64,000 nt of DNA from the NCBI GenBank assembly GCA_021605075.1, contig BPLQ01015363.1, positions 835,513-899,512 on the forward strand, written 5' to 3'. The notes beneath the pieces were generated by a model, which made no database searches, was not told where the DNA came from, and worked only from the letters and a program-made list of their open reading frames with translations. Within the stretch, counting starts at the first letter, position 1. Each line of letters begins with the position of its first letter. This DNA is from Caerostris darwini. Taxonomy: Eukaryota. Below, piece after piece: positions 36,001-49,167 of the stretch. The translations under genes and the position numbers were made by a program.

Positions 36001-38540
36001 TAAACTGGGATTAACCAACTTGATAACTCGTTGTGATATGTGTGTGCCTGTCAGGCGCGATCACATTCGTTACTCGTAAGGCTATTCCTTTTTTTTTAAC
36101 TCTTTGTCGCATTTTATTACCATTTTTATTGCTTCATACTACAATTAAATATAATATGTAGTGCTCTTAAAAATTTTTCTTTTTATTTATTTGTCATAAT
36201 ACTAGGTATCACTTATAGTTCACAGTTTCTGAGAAATCCGTGAATTTAGGCAATCAAAATAATTTTGGACATCAGTGTATAAGGTGCATTACAGGAAGAA
36301 ACTGTTGCATTTGAATACTGTAGGCCACATCATTTTGGAACAAATATCACTAGAGAGGGCATCTGGGAAATTCTCCCACTCTTTAAGCCGAGTGGAAAGA
36401 ATTGCATACTACAGACTTATTGTTGGCGCTGGACTTATTAGCTCAGTTTTATTTGTCAGGTTTTGATCTCGGCACTCTTAATTCAGAAACCCAACACACT
36501 ATTCATCCTGTTACATTGGCCCAATTATTTTTAGTCATTAGTGTGGGATGTGCAGTAGCATTAAAATACTTATTTCATGCAATGATATCACACTCGTTTT
36601 TGAATCCATATATTTCGTTAACTTATTATAGTTATATATTTATACACATAGGATGAATACTTTCATCCAATTTAACTCAACTAGCTGGTAATCCTAGTCT
36701 GCTACAACCATAAATAGGGGTCAAGATAAAGTAAAATGGCTAAGCACTATACAATAAAGTACATCACAGTTTCTTTTAATGTCAAATTAATAAGTTCGAG
36801 CTCATAGTATTTCGAAAACTATAGAGGATATGACTAAACATTAAATTACAAATTTGTAGAGCATTATTTACTTAATACGAAAACTATATTATGCACATAA
36901 ATATGATAAATAATTCAACTCAAAACAAGTAATAGAGATTTTTTATGTAAAATATAAATTTTCTTTGAGAGCAGAACTTTGCAAGAACTTTTATAGTATA
37001 TGCAAATGCAGCCTTTAAAATAAAAAAAAAACATTTTATAAATATGACATCAAAGCTCTACTATAATAGAAACAATGGGATAAGAAGAAAATTCACATAT
37101 AAGAAATCGTCTACTATTTTCATATTTAACGTTAACAAAAGTTTTTAAAGTTTCTTGCTCACTAGATGTTCATTAACAAAAATTAATTTTTAGAGCTGAG
37201 GCATTTTTATCTGCAGACACAAGCCTTTTATATTTCAGCGGACCAGTAATTGTTGGTGCAGCTATTTCGCAATGCGGCATATAAAATATATTGCACAATA
37301 TGAAGCCCGCATTTACCATGCCATGCCATAGTAAAAGCTATTGTCAAGAGATAGTGAACTTGGTGTTGGTGCAATTGGGCATGGACAATATCAACAATAA
37401 TGCGGGGTTTTTTTGTTACATTCTTTGAATGGGTTAAGTAGTATTTTAAATGATACAATAAGCATTATTGGGGTTAAAAAATCCTTCCTGCTCACTAGTT
37501 GTCCTTTTTGGTCAGGTAGGCTGCTCTACAAAAGTGTGCTGTGGTTTAAAAAAATAATATTGGGATTTCGCATCCATTTTAGAACTCTTTAACTACATAA
37601 ATACTTCCAAATATTATAGAAAATTTTACCTAATTTTTTAAATGACGTTTCTCTGCCCATTTAAGTTCTTTGTGCTGTCAACAAAACAGTGCCCCAGTTC
37701 ATAAACTGATGCCAGTAAGATGCTTTCTAGCAAATAGATTCTGAGATCACATTTTTATATACAATAGGCCCTGTTCCACTAAACTGTAATCACTTCCACT
37801 GTAATCAATAAACCTCATTCTGATGGATTTTTTCTTTAAGTGGTACATGAAAAAGCAAGTAAATGTCGTCCAAAAATTCACACAATAAGATATTTTATTT
37901 TCAATAAATTTTTAAAAATTGTGTCCTGTGAAAACTGTTCAGTTTTCAAAAAATTTATCCCCAATTATAATTCAGCTAAGAAGGTCAAATAAAGTATTTT
38001 AACTGTATAAAAACATTGAAATATCAACCTAATTATAATGAATTTAGTTACACCCTTTATAATAAGCATGATCGTTAATAATCATTATAATCAAACATGT
38101 AACACTTTCCATGGTGCCGAATGTTACAAATGTGCATTTCAGCCAATGATAACCGTTTCAAACACTGTTCACATGTTTTTATTGGTGTCATGAATATGTA
38201 TTGACATAATAGGTATTGTTTATTCATTAAATTATATTTTATCTTATATTTTTGTTTTTAATTTATAATGGAGGATCTTGTTTGAATACTTTTAAAAATT
38301 TTGTATCAGCCAACTATATATCTTGTATGCACACTCAACACAGATGATACATTTTCTTAGTTAATTATTGATGCTCTATAACTTTGTAGTTGAATACGTG
38401 GTCATACTTTTCTAGCTTTTTAGATACAAACTTTAACCCCTAAATGTATTGTTAAAGGATGCTATTGTGGCTACTTTATGTAATATATTATAGTTGGTTT
38501 GCTTTACCAGTTATTTGGCACTTAAATTATTCATCTTTTA

Positions 38541-38570
38541 TCTCTCTCTCTCTCTGTCTGTGTGTGTGTG
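38541..38570. repeat. (CT)n(GT)n compound microsatellite.
   Basis: tctctctctctctctgtctgtgtgtgtgtg. Confidence 0.9.
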
Positions 38571-41320
38571 ATATTCTAATGCAATCTTGATACTATAACA
38601 TTTACTGTCCCAATTTTGTTTCTCTAAAGACATTATTTAACCTTGTGTATAGCTAGAAATTGCTAGAATATTCTGAATTCTTTTCCAGTTAAACAAAAGC
38701 CATTTTCTGCCATCTGGTGGCTTGAATTAAATATTTTCTTTTATTTAAAGTTCATTGTTTCAAATATTCTGTTATATAGGATTATTTATATTTTATTTTT
38801 TGAATTTTTGTTATTTATAAATATTTATTCGCAATAACTTTTTCTTTATATTTTCTCAAACCACAATTCTTAATCGTTTGCAGAATTTTACATCTGTAAT
38901 AGAATTTTTTTTTTTCCTTTGCATTTTTTACCTTTTTTTTTTCCTCTAATAAAATTGCTAAAACTAATGTTCAAATAGTCGAAGACTCGAAAAAATTCTC
39001 ATTAATTATTTTTTCATCAGAGTGTGTGTTTAAAATAGAATTTAATAGTAAATACAAAAAATGTCAATTATACATTTTAAAATGGTGGGTATATTCATGA
39101 GTTGTTTAATTCAATGAATGAAAATTGTATGATTTTCTGTAGCCAGTAACTGGTGAGCTTATTTGAAAAAAAAGAAAAATATATATTTGAAAGATCAGCA
39201 TTGGGGTGTCAATAAAATAGGATAGACTTCTTAAACTGGGTGTTAGGAGGGATATTCCTGCTGCTAAAAATGAAGTTTTTAAGAAGTAAGAAAACAAATA
39301 CTTAGTCATGTTACCAGACAGAGTCATTGAATACAAATCTTTCGATGGCGTATTATAAATCGATCATGTCATCAATTACCCACCAGGGGTCCTAAACTCA
39401 CTTGATCTAACTGGATTGTCAATCCATCACATTTTACTTAAAGTGGAATCTTCAATGATTTTACTGCAGAACCTCGTCCTCGTAAAAGAAGTCCTTGTCC
39501 ATTCCAAGCTATTAAACTGACTGTTTTGACAGGAAAGGGAGAGTGTGAAACAATTTTTATCCCACGAATACCACTCATTCGGACGGATCTTCCTTTTTAA
39601 CTTTAAGAGATTGTAATTTCCTACGACACTTAGTTCGCGATTACTGGAGTAGTCTATTAAATATTGTGGTGTGAATTTGAAATCGCCATGTTTCTTTCAG
39701 GATAATACTTAAAATATCTAATATTCTTTAGGTCGTCTTCGATTAAATAAGTAGAATAACTGAAACCATTTTTAACTGGAACGTTTATTTAATCGTCTTG
39801 AGGTTGGTTCCTATTCATGTACCCTTAAAACAATGTTAGTAATTGTAGGAAACCACCAAGAAAGAAAAAAGTGATAGGCAAAGTAATTGATATGGGTTGA
39901 TTTATCATTGGTTATCTCTGGCCCCACCCATCACCAATTTTATCATTTGATTACATATGTACCTTACCGCCTTTATAGTTTTGCTTTTCATTTCTAAGAA
40001 TTCTTCAGGAAATATCACAAGTTGTCAATTTAAAAAACTCCTTACAATGAAATAAGATCAAGGAACTGGATTGAAATCCTTGCTACTTTTGAAAACTTGC
40101 CTAATTGTTTTTAACTTTCTATCATAAGTTTATGTGGTTGACATTGAGATATGACAGTTGATATAACTATACCATCTGAGACCCGTGGCAAATTGCCTGA
40201 ATAAGAAGGGGGCAATGCAAAGTTTCATTATTCATTACTTCATACATTTCATTCATTACTTTTTAGTAAAGTAACTTTTACTTTTTAGTTAGTAGACACT
40301 GCAAACCTAAAGGTCCTTTAGTTTTGTCCATTTTCGGTCACACACCGTTTCATTTGATCATTTAGTACTTTAAAATGACTCTTATCACAAATGTATGGCG
40401 AAGATGTAATTTTTTTTCCTAGTCAGTTTCAGTCACTTCACTTTGGTTTTGATTATGTGTATCATTCTGTGATGGGCATCCAATACTACCAATCCACAGG
40501 GCTGTGGGTGGCTTTAGATCAATGTTGTCGGGAACTGCAATACTATAATATTCGGTTCGTCTAATTTCTTCATTTCCTGTCCACTGTTCGTTTGTTTCTT
40601 TCTCACTCTTAAAGTATTGGCTTATTTTAGGTAACTTTTAATTTTTTTCTTCAAACTCCATCCAAATTAGTAAATGGAAAGTTTTATTAACTATATGAGA
40701 AAACAAGCTTAGGACAGACACACTAGCGTTCATCTAGGATGAATGCCATTCCAATATTGAATACATATTATTTTAAATAAATATTTTATTATAAAATTTG
40801 TTTTTAGTCACGCTCACTATTCGGTCTTTTAAGTGTCTTTAACTGCTAAAATTAATGTTTTTATTTAACATTTTTTTAAAATTAATATTCCGTAATAATT
40901 TTCCATTTTTTTATATTAATTGTGCTGATGAGTAAAAGAAAATTCTGTAGAAAAAATTATATTAAATTAAAATTATTTCTAAAATAAACTTTTTTGATAT
41001 TTTCCAAAATAAACTTTTGAGTTATTTTCTTTTTTTGAGAACAAAAAAAAAAAAAATAAATTTAAATATAAAAAAACTATATAAATACATTTTCTATAGT
41101 TTTATTCTTAAATGACTAACATTTTCGTTGTAGTGTTCATTATTTATTTGCTTCAAAGGTTAAAAGCTTCTGCAGCTAAATTCAATGAAAATATATTTTA
41201 TGTGTCGACTGAGTGAAAAGGCACTGTTTCATTTTTACTATATTAAATAATTTTATGCATCAATTAAAATTATCTACTTTTGTAATGTTTATTTATTTTT
41301 TAAATCTAATTTAACAATAG

Positions 41321-41365
41321 GGTTGTCTTCAGACGAATCAAGAGAAAGGGATACTTTGCGCCATA
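41321..41365 (+). CDS. TEP1: Candidate small TEP1-like exon (45 nt, phase 1-1). It is optional for frame continuity.
   Basis: Acceptor aacaatag| and donor |GTAAGT. The open frame reads GLSSDESRERDTLRH. A symmetrical exon can be skipped without breaking the frame, so support is weak. Confidence 0.3.
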
Positions 41366-42357
41366 GTAAGTATTAGCATTATTCTCATAGTGTTTTTTTT
41401 ATAGAATTCGTCAAAAATTGTTTTTTGAATCTTCTATTTTTTCAGAAATATTGTGTAATTTAACAATTAATTAAGAGATAAATAGTGTTGATTTTTTAAA
41501 CTTTTAAGCATACAAATTATAGGTAATCGAAAATAAGGTAGGTTACAGAGAAAGGTGTAGGGCGAACCAGTAAACACGTACTTTAGCTTTTTAATTCTTC
41601 TGTAAAATGAATGTCTACAATTTAAGTCTTATATTGGTTTAAGGATATTGCCTAACTATTAGTCAAATAAATAATTGAACAGTTTTTTTTCATACTAACG
41701 AATATTACAAATAATGAAATTTCGCAAAGATATCATTCACACAAGCATGTTTTAGTGATTGAGACGTCAAGTATGGTTTTATATTGCTCAAAATATGCAT
41801 CAAAATTTGTCAAATGCAAAACACATTTCATCTACAGCGTCAAAAACTTTTTTTCTTTTTTTAAAAAAGGATTTTCTTTTTTGTATTGCAACAGCCTCTA
41901 TTATTTTCAGATAAAAATACATTTTGACAACTTTTTTTTGGACTAAGTTTTTACCAATATTTCAGGGGAAAGGATGATACTACAAATTACATATAATGTG
42001 CATAATATGCACTGAAATATTTTAAAGCCTTTTCCCGTTTTTAATAGACTATCTTATGTTTATCAACAGGAAATTGTTATGCATTTGATGTTTAGAATAA
42101 TAAATATTCATTATTCTATGATGTAATTAAGATATGTATTTTGAATGTCTTTGTCATATTTAACTTATGAAATTATTTGGTTTTTGTATTTTAAAAATAA
42201 AAATTTTTAAATGTGTTTTTTTTTTATAATTTAGTAAGTAGGTTTTATTTTTTGTCATTTTTAATCAAATTTTTTGTAAAGTAAATATATTGCTGATTAA
42301 TGTATCATAATATATTATATTTTTTGTGACTTTTTTGTCTTATTGTGTTAATAATAG

Positions 42358-42540
42358 GATTTCATTCAAAAAAACGAGTTATGAGGAGTTATTGTTTAGC
42401 TGCTGATGAAATAGAACGTTCAAATTCTGAAGATGCAGGAATTGGAGCAGATGCCGCAGAAATATGTGCCTTTCAACATTCTGGCATATCCTCATCAAAT
42501 AAAAAAGATAAATTAAAAGCTGATTATATCATGCTTAGGG
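42358..42540 (+). CDS. TEP1: TEP1-like exon: acceptor taataatag, donor GTGAGA. Phase 1-1.
   Basis: Open frame RFHSKKRVMRSYCLAADEIERSNSEDAGIGADAAEICAFQHSGISSSNKKDKLKADYIMLR. The phase fits the neighbouring exons. Confidence 0.5.
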
Positions 42541-44099
42541 GTGAGATCTGTGATATTTAATTAGCAGCTGTTGTTAAATATCTATTAATTTCCATCTTGA
42601 AATCTTTAATAAGCTTAGTCTTTCTCTTTTATTTCCACCTATTATCATGAATATCTAGAAACTTATTTAAAGATGCTTGCTGCAAATAGGGGGAACCTAG
42701 ACTCAAATCGAAAATAACTTCCCAGACTTTTTTTTATTTTTTGCAATAAACATGATATGAATATATTTTATTGTATTTTTAATTGAAACACGGAGGAAAA
42801 GTTTTTAATTATTGTTTCACCATTGTTTATAATTATTATTGCTATAATTTTTATCTAGTTAATTAGTGATTTTTAAATCTAAGAATTAAAAATATTTAAT
42901 ATTAAAAGAACTGCTTTCACTAAACTTTCTTAGTTTTAACACAATATTAGAGTAATGATAAATATTTTCTTTAGTTAAACACGAAATATGAATAGAGAGA
43001 TGAAAACATACATAAAAATTAATGCTAAATATTTTTTCACAATTATTATTATTCAAAAAATTATACCACTTATTAAAATAAGATATAAATATTGTTTATA
43101 ATTCAAAAATGAATATCATGTATATTCTTGATAAAAATTCAAAATTTTGATTGAGTATAGAAATTTGTAGACATATGAGGTTTACTTAAAATTTTCTTGC
43201 ATGGTTGTTAGAAGAATGGTAATTATATAGATAATTGTAGGCACTGAAAATTTTGTAATATTGCTATTTATTTTTATTTAATTTTTTTTTTTTATCATTC
43301 TCTTTTTTAAAAAAAAGTAATGATAATTTAATTGAAAAAAGATTTTTTTCTTCAAAATAAGTATCTAAATAAATGAAATTGTTAAACTTTAATTAAAAGT
43401 TTGATAAATGTACACAGGCTTACATTTAATTCCTCATATTTAATAACATTCATTATTTTAAATACGTGTAAAAATAATGAAGCATAATTTGCTTTTTCAA
43501 CAATATTTTTAAAGATATAACTAACAATAATTCAAAGTCATTAATTAAATCCATACATTTTCACATATTTCATCTTTACATTTTCTTTATTTTATTGCCC
43601 TTTGTGTGGGAAAATTATAACATTTGAACACAACCAATTCAGTTTACATTAAACTATATATGCAGTTATATGAATTGGATATGCAGGAAGTGAAATCCGT
43701 TGATGAAATGTATGTAGACTTTAATAAATTCTTATATAATTATTAAAAGTCTGCTAATTTTTAAATAAATTAATGCTTATAAATTTGTGTGAAAGCTGAT
43801 TTTTTAAAACTGTCAAATAAGCATTTTAAGTTTGTATGAGTATTAATTTCACATTTTTAGAAAAATATAAAAATTATTTAAATTTAATTGATTTTATTTG
43901 AAATTGTCTTCTATTGAATTGGTGCAAAAATAATTGCAGTTTTTCTTATTTCAAGCTTTGAGGCTTATTTTGGAATAAACTGTTATTCATTTATGTTCAT
44001 GTAATATACCATTTTGAAGCGAAAATTTCACTCTATTGATCTATGCGAATTGTTTTACTGTCAATGTTTTTCCTTGTATATTTTAGGTTGTCAAAGTAA

Positions 44100-44960
44100 T
44101 GATAGAAAGTAAATTCGAGCCATTTTATTGTATTTGTTCAAAAGGGGACGTAAAAAACAGCAAAAACTGCTGGGTTCCAAAAATTTTGCAATGAAGACAA
44201 GAGCCTTGAATACGCGGACTTACTTCTGCGATTGACGATAACCGATTGAGGGCCATTATTGAACAGGACTCACGCAAAACAAATGGATGCAAAAGAACTA
44301 AACGGTGACCATTAAACATTTCGACATTTGCACCTAGTGGAAAAGTAAAAACCCGACAAATAAGAGCCTCACGAGCTGAACGAAAACCAAAAACTTCGCC
44401 GCTACGAAATGTGCTCTGTGCTTCTTCGCAACAAAAATAATCCATTTGTTTTCTCCTTGTGACATGCGACGAAAACTGGATAATCGACGGTGTTCTGTGC
44501 ATTTGCTGGAGAGAGATGACGCACCGAACGATTTCTCCAAACCGAAGCTGCATCAAAAGATGATTATGGTTACTGTTAGGTGATCTGCAAGTGGAATCAT
44601 TCACTACAACTTCTTGAATCGTAGCGAAACCATCGCATCAAAGAAATATTGTTAGGAAATCGACAAAATATATATACATTTATGCCCACCATTGGCTAAT
44701 TGAAAGGGACCAATTCTTCTGCATGGCAACGACAGACCACATATCTCACAAATAACTGCCAGAAATTGAATGAACAGGGATATGAAACTTTACCTCTCTG
44801 AGCTTGCTCACCAGACCTCTCACCGACCGACTACCACTTTTTCAAGCACCTCAACAACTTCTTGCAAGAGGACTTCTCAACAACCCTGAAGCAGCACAAA
44901 TTTCTTTGAAGAATTCATATATTAGTCCAGAATTCTATGTTGCCGAAGATAGATAGATTT
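44100..44960 (+). mobile_element. Degenerate mariner transposase relic on the plus strand, with many stops and frameshifts.
   Basis: Plus-strand frames give SKPKLHQKMIMVTVR.SASGIIHYNFL, then FLHGNDRPHISQITARN, then SPDLSPTDYHFFKHLNNFLQEDFSTT. These match the mariner signatures WDxKGIIHYELLP, HDNARPHT and PPYSPDLAPSDYHLF. The 159-aa minus-strand ORF here is antisense noise. Confidence 0.65.
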
Positions 44961-45177
44961 ATTTCATGTTGACAAAGATGCATAGATTGTAATGGTTTTC
45001 ATTTTGATTAATAAACTTTATTCTAATCTGAGGCAAATTGCTTTAAAATTTATAATTAAGAACCGCAATCATTTTTGCACCAACCCGATATTAAAATTAA
45101 AATTTATCCTATTATTGTTTGTATGACAATCAGTTTATATATTTGTCCTTTGTTATTCTTTATTAAATGTATTTCAG

Positions 45178-45237
45178 ATTTACTTGCAGATATGGATTAT
45201 CCTGTCATAGAACGAAGTATGTCATCATCACTTCTAG
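45178..45237 (+). CDS. TEP1: TEP1-like micro-exon (60 nt, phase 1-1).
   Basis: Acceptor gtatttcag| and donor |GTAATA. Frame DLLADMDYPVIERSMSSSLL. It is the first of four closely spaced symmetrical exons. Confidence 0.5.
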
Positions 45238-45349
45238 GTAATAGTTATGGTATGGTGCATTTTTATATTCAGATTAATTTATTAAAATTTTAGTTTTATT
45301 ATTATACAATAAAAAATTAGCGGTAAAAAATATTATTTTAAATTTTCAG

Positions 45350-45406
45350 AGCCAACAATTGATCGTTTGGAACAAAAATCTTGTACTAAGTCCTGTAGTG
45401 CTCCCA
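45350..45406 (+). CDS. TEP1: TEP1-like micro-exon (57 nt, phase 1-1).
   Basis: Acceptor aattttcag| and donor |GTAAGT. Frame EPTIDRLEQKSCTKSCSAP. The upstream intron is 112 bp. Confidence 0.5.
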
Positions 45407-45493
45407 GTAAGTATGATACAGATTTTTATACAAAGAATTTTCTGATTTTCTCAGTAAATAATGTATAATAAAAATTAATTTAAATTTTTTCAG

Positions 45494-45556
45494 CTGCACA
45501 ATTTCTACCTGATGCACCAAATTTCGCATTTGGTTCAAGTAGTTTTGCAAGCCGAG
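45494..45556 (+). CDS. TEP1: TEP1-like micro-exon (63 nt, phase 1-1).
   Basis: Acceptor aattttttcag| and donor |GTATCT. Frame TAQFLPDAPNFAFGSSSFASR. The upstream intron is 87 bp. Confidence 0.5.
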
Positions 45557-45640
45557 GTATCTATACATTTGTATTTGAGTGTTTAATTTATTTATTGCTG
45601 TTTAAAAAATAATAAAAAAAAATAACTATTTTAATTTCCA

Positions 45641-45697
45641 GGTATGTTCAGAGCAGCACCAGCAGGAGTAAAATTCAGTTCAGGTGTTATTCGTCCA
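45641..45697 (+). CDS. TEP1: TEP1-like micro-exon (57 nt, phase 1-1).
   Basis: Acceptor taatttccag| and donor |GTAAAT. Frame GMFRAAPAGVKFSSGVIRP. The upstream intron is 84 bp. Confidence 0.5.
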
Positions 45698-46829
45698 AGT
45701 AAATAAATTATTTACATAAATATTTATATCACCATTTTATTTATTTTTATTTACTTAAAATAAAACTATACATACTAATATTTTTTAGTTTCAAGTGCAG
45801 TTTGATTAAAGCCTTTTAAAAGTATGCATTCTTGAAGAAGTAAAGTTAATTTGAAGAATTATTATTAGTTCAAAACTCAAAAATATATTAAATAGGATAA
45901 TTTAAACAAGTAGATTCATATGAATTTTAACAAATACTTTGCTGTATTATGAAATCTTCATTAAATTTCTTAGTTTTTTCCTCATATGGTACAAACACAG
46001 AATAAAAAAGGCTTTCATGGAAAATATCAATAAGAGATAATGTTTATATGTTGAGGCAATATTCCACACAGCAATTTTACTGAGTCTTAGAAACAATAGT
46101 CAGCCTGTATTTAGAATTAAAAAAGAAAAATATATATTGATGAAATATTTAAATTGATCATTTAAATGATAAGCATTGTGGGTCATTTGAATTATTGATC
46201 ATTTAAATATTGAATTCTGATGTAATTCAAAATTTATAACTCATATGTATGTTAACCTTTTTGTTAAGGTTTCTCATGCTTTTATTTTACACTGTTTAAA
46301 ATATCATGTAAATTTATTGCATTGTCTTTCAAAGAAGAACACCTGCTAATAAATCTGTATTTTTCGCAATTTGTATTAATTTCTAATCAATTAGTTCAGT
46401 TCTGTAATCAGAATTGTTTTATCAATTTCCTATTTAATAAAATTATATCTTATAAAGATTAATTTATAAATCCTAAATTCCTATGTGATATATTCATCCT
46501 ACATATTTGATAATTTATTAGGCAGAACATATAATTTCTGAAGAAACACTTTTGGATTAGTGAGTAGATTATAAAGTTACTAAACCATTGTGCAGTCATT
46601 ATACTTTTTATAAAAAATATGTTATTATGTATATATCTTATGAATTTTGCCGTCTATATACATTCTGTGTGATAAATATGCGGATTGTATGATTTAAAAG
46701 TCACACATTCCGGATATGATTGCACAAAATGATCAGATGATGAAATGATTGATTCGATCATGTATGCACAAAAATCAATTTATTCATCAAAATTTACTTT
46801 ATTGCTTAAAAGTAACCACTATCACAGTG

Positions 46830-47620
46830 CTTAATCCAGTCCTCCTTACATATTTTGTTGGTGGATTGAGGTATGGTCATTAATTCCTTCAGGGAATTTT
46901 CTTTTATGGCCTCATTCGGGTCAAAATGCTTTCCTCAAAGTGGTAATTTTAATTTTGGGAACAGAAAAAAGTCACATGTTGCTATATCAGGTGAATACAT
47001 TGCTTGGTCGATGGCATTTGTTACAATGATGACTTTGTGTAATGATGCATTATTGTAATGTAAAATCAGTGAATTATTCTTCGAGAAATCTGGCTGTTTT
47101 CGATGGATATTCTCGTTCAAACGCCCCATAATGCTTAAATAATATCCTATATTCACCCTTTGTGCCTCTGGAAGTAATTCAAAGTGCACCACACCATAAC
47201 AGTCGGAAAAACAGTCAATATGATCTTGATTTTTTGAGCTACTCTGAGGCGGTTTTTTGGGCTGAGGCTCGTTTTCGAAGCACCATTCCCAAGATTGTTA
47301 GTTAGTTTGTTTGCATGTTGTACTTGTAAACCCATGTTCATCACCAATTATGCCTTTCATGAAGGTGGTCTCCATAAAAACTCGGGAAATCATGCTTTCA
47401 TCAATCTGCTTTTGATGCACTTTCTTGGATAAATTTCAGCTCTTTCGGAACCAGTCGTATGGCGATGCGTTTTATGCCCAAAATATAAGTCACAATGTTA
47501 AGAATAACCGTATAGGTGCGTTCACCTCTTGAACCACTTCTCTAAGAAGAGATTACTATTTCACCACCAACTTTGTGATTTTGTCTAGGTTTTCGTTGTT
47601 GTAGCAGTTGAAAATCGACC
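46830..47620 (-). mobile_element. Degenerate mariner transposase relic on the minus strand.
   Basis: Minus-strand ORFs read ...CYGVVHFELLPEAQRVNIGYYLSIMGRLNENIHRKQPDFSKNNSLILHYNNASLHKVIIVTNAIDQAMYSPDIATCDFFLFPKLKLPL and MNMGLQVQHANKLTNNLG. These are the mariner catalytic region (HDNAxxH ... PDLAPCDFFLFPKLK). Confidence 0.65.
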
Positions 47621-49167
47621 AAAATGTGGCAAATGAATTACAACTTCTTGACCTTCTTTAAATGCTTTATCATTATATATATATATATATATTATACACG
47701 ATTCAATGTAGGGTTTCTGCAATTTTCTTTGCGATTTGCTACACGAAATTTGGTTTGAAACACAAAATTTAAGGCAAACTGTTTGTTCAATTAGTTTTTC
47801 CATTGTGAAAATCGCAGAACCCTCAAATTATTTGCTTACAAAAATAACTGCTGTCACTGAGTGACATATTGCACTTAATTTAATAGAGGGCTACCAATTT
47901 CCTAAAAAAAATTGTAGCAATATTTTTTATCCAATGTTTTAATTTTTTAATTCCATATCCTTTTTACGCAGAATATATGCAACGACTCTCAAAATTGTGA
48001 ATATACTTCTTTATTTTACAGAAAAGAAATGGGCATTTAATAAGGAAAAGTGAGTTTATTAACTAATGTAGATTTAGACATTTTGCTATAATGATAATTA
48101 CAAGTTATGAAAAAAATTTTACATTAAATTCATTGGTTATTAAATTTGTGATTATTGTAGAACACAAGTTAATGTTTAACCAAAGTGACAGAGTGATATT
48201 CATCATAAAAACAAATGAACGTTCTTCAAGGCATCTAGAACTTTAGATGCCGGGCTTTTACATCTACAGAAATTTTCTCTTTTATCAACTTTGATTGTGA
48301 TTTGAATCAAATATCCATATTAATCTGAAAAGGATAATCAACCTGAAAAGGATTTTTGCGTGTTATTAGGTAAAGGGTTATCCCAATTTAATTTGTTTTT
48401 TTCAGGTTTGTTGCATCAGCAGCTTTGGTAATAAGGTTTTAGGGCACAAAATTCCGAGTTTGTCAAGTATGTGTTGTACCAAAGTCAAAACAATTCTTTT
48501 TGTTTGATTTTGCTTAAATTCGATTGTGAGTACTGATTAATTTTGTAGCAAATGATTCAAAGATGGTATGAAGAGAAATGGATTTGTTGTAACCCCAAAT
48601 ACAGCTCTACATATTCTATAGACAATTTCTTCAGTTTAAGAAGGAAAAAAGAATTAAAGAAAATTTCTATGCTGTGGATAAACACTTAATTGTAGCAAAA
48701 TGTTTTCTATATTAGATGATAATCCTACGTGATACAATCTAAATCTGTCCATTATATGGTTAATTAACACAATGAGATTCGGTCTTTTGATCAAAAGATC
48801 ATTTAAAGATGGCGGATTTGCTTCTTTCGTAGAGGCATCAAAGTCTGGGCTGATTTTTTTTTAGTTTTGGTATTCGTTTTAATTAAAGGATGATGAGGTA
48901 AATAGTGACCGAATTCATTTACCCCCTTGTATTGAATCTTTTCAATAATTTACAACCTTTCCCATTCTTTGAATATAGCAATATAATCATCTAGATTTCC
49001 TTCGTTAGCTGCATGCTTCACATTTTATGCCTTTTCATAGTCAAATTTCAATTACCAATAAAGGAATTTCATTCTTAAATGGTAATAACTCATATCTGCC
49101 ACCAGGAAGAATAGTTATTATTTTTTTTTTTTTTTTTTTGAAATTGAAGCATTGCTTTAGTAAGTAA

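Noticed and set aside
36250-36660. Two overlapping plus-strand ORFs next to the Tc1 relic. I also considered a tRNA-like stretch (GGCGCTGGACTTATTAGCTCAGTT...GGTTTTGATCTC).
   Set aside because: There is no cloverleaf and no B box. The ORFs have no recognisable domain and poor context. It is probably more decayed transposon sequence.
44125-44604. 159-aa ORF on the minus strand, the second-longest ORF in the track.
   Set aside because: It lies antisense to a decayed mariner transposase. The plus strand gives FLHGNDRPH and SPDLSPTDYHFF. The ORF has no recognisable domain and is the mirror frame of a pseudogene.
48022-48049. Candidate 28-nt micro-exon in the TEP1 intron, ttattttacag|...|GTGAGT.
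   Set aside because: Its in and out phases (1 then 2) are incompatible with the downstream exon at 53054 or 53060, where either acceptor gives an immediate stop. Without it the exon chain is already phase-consistent.
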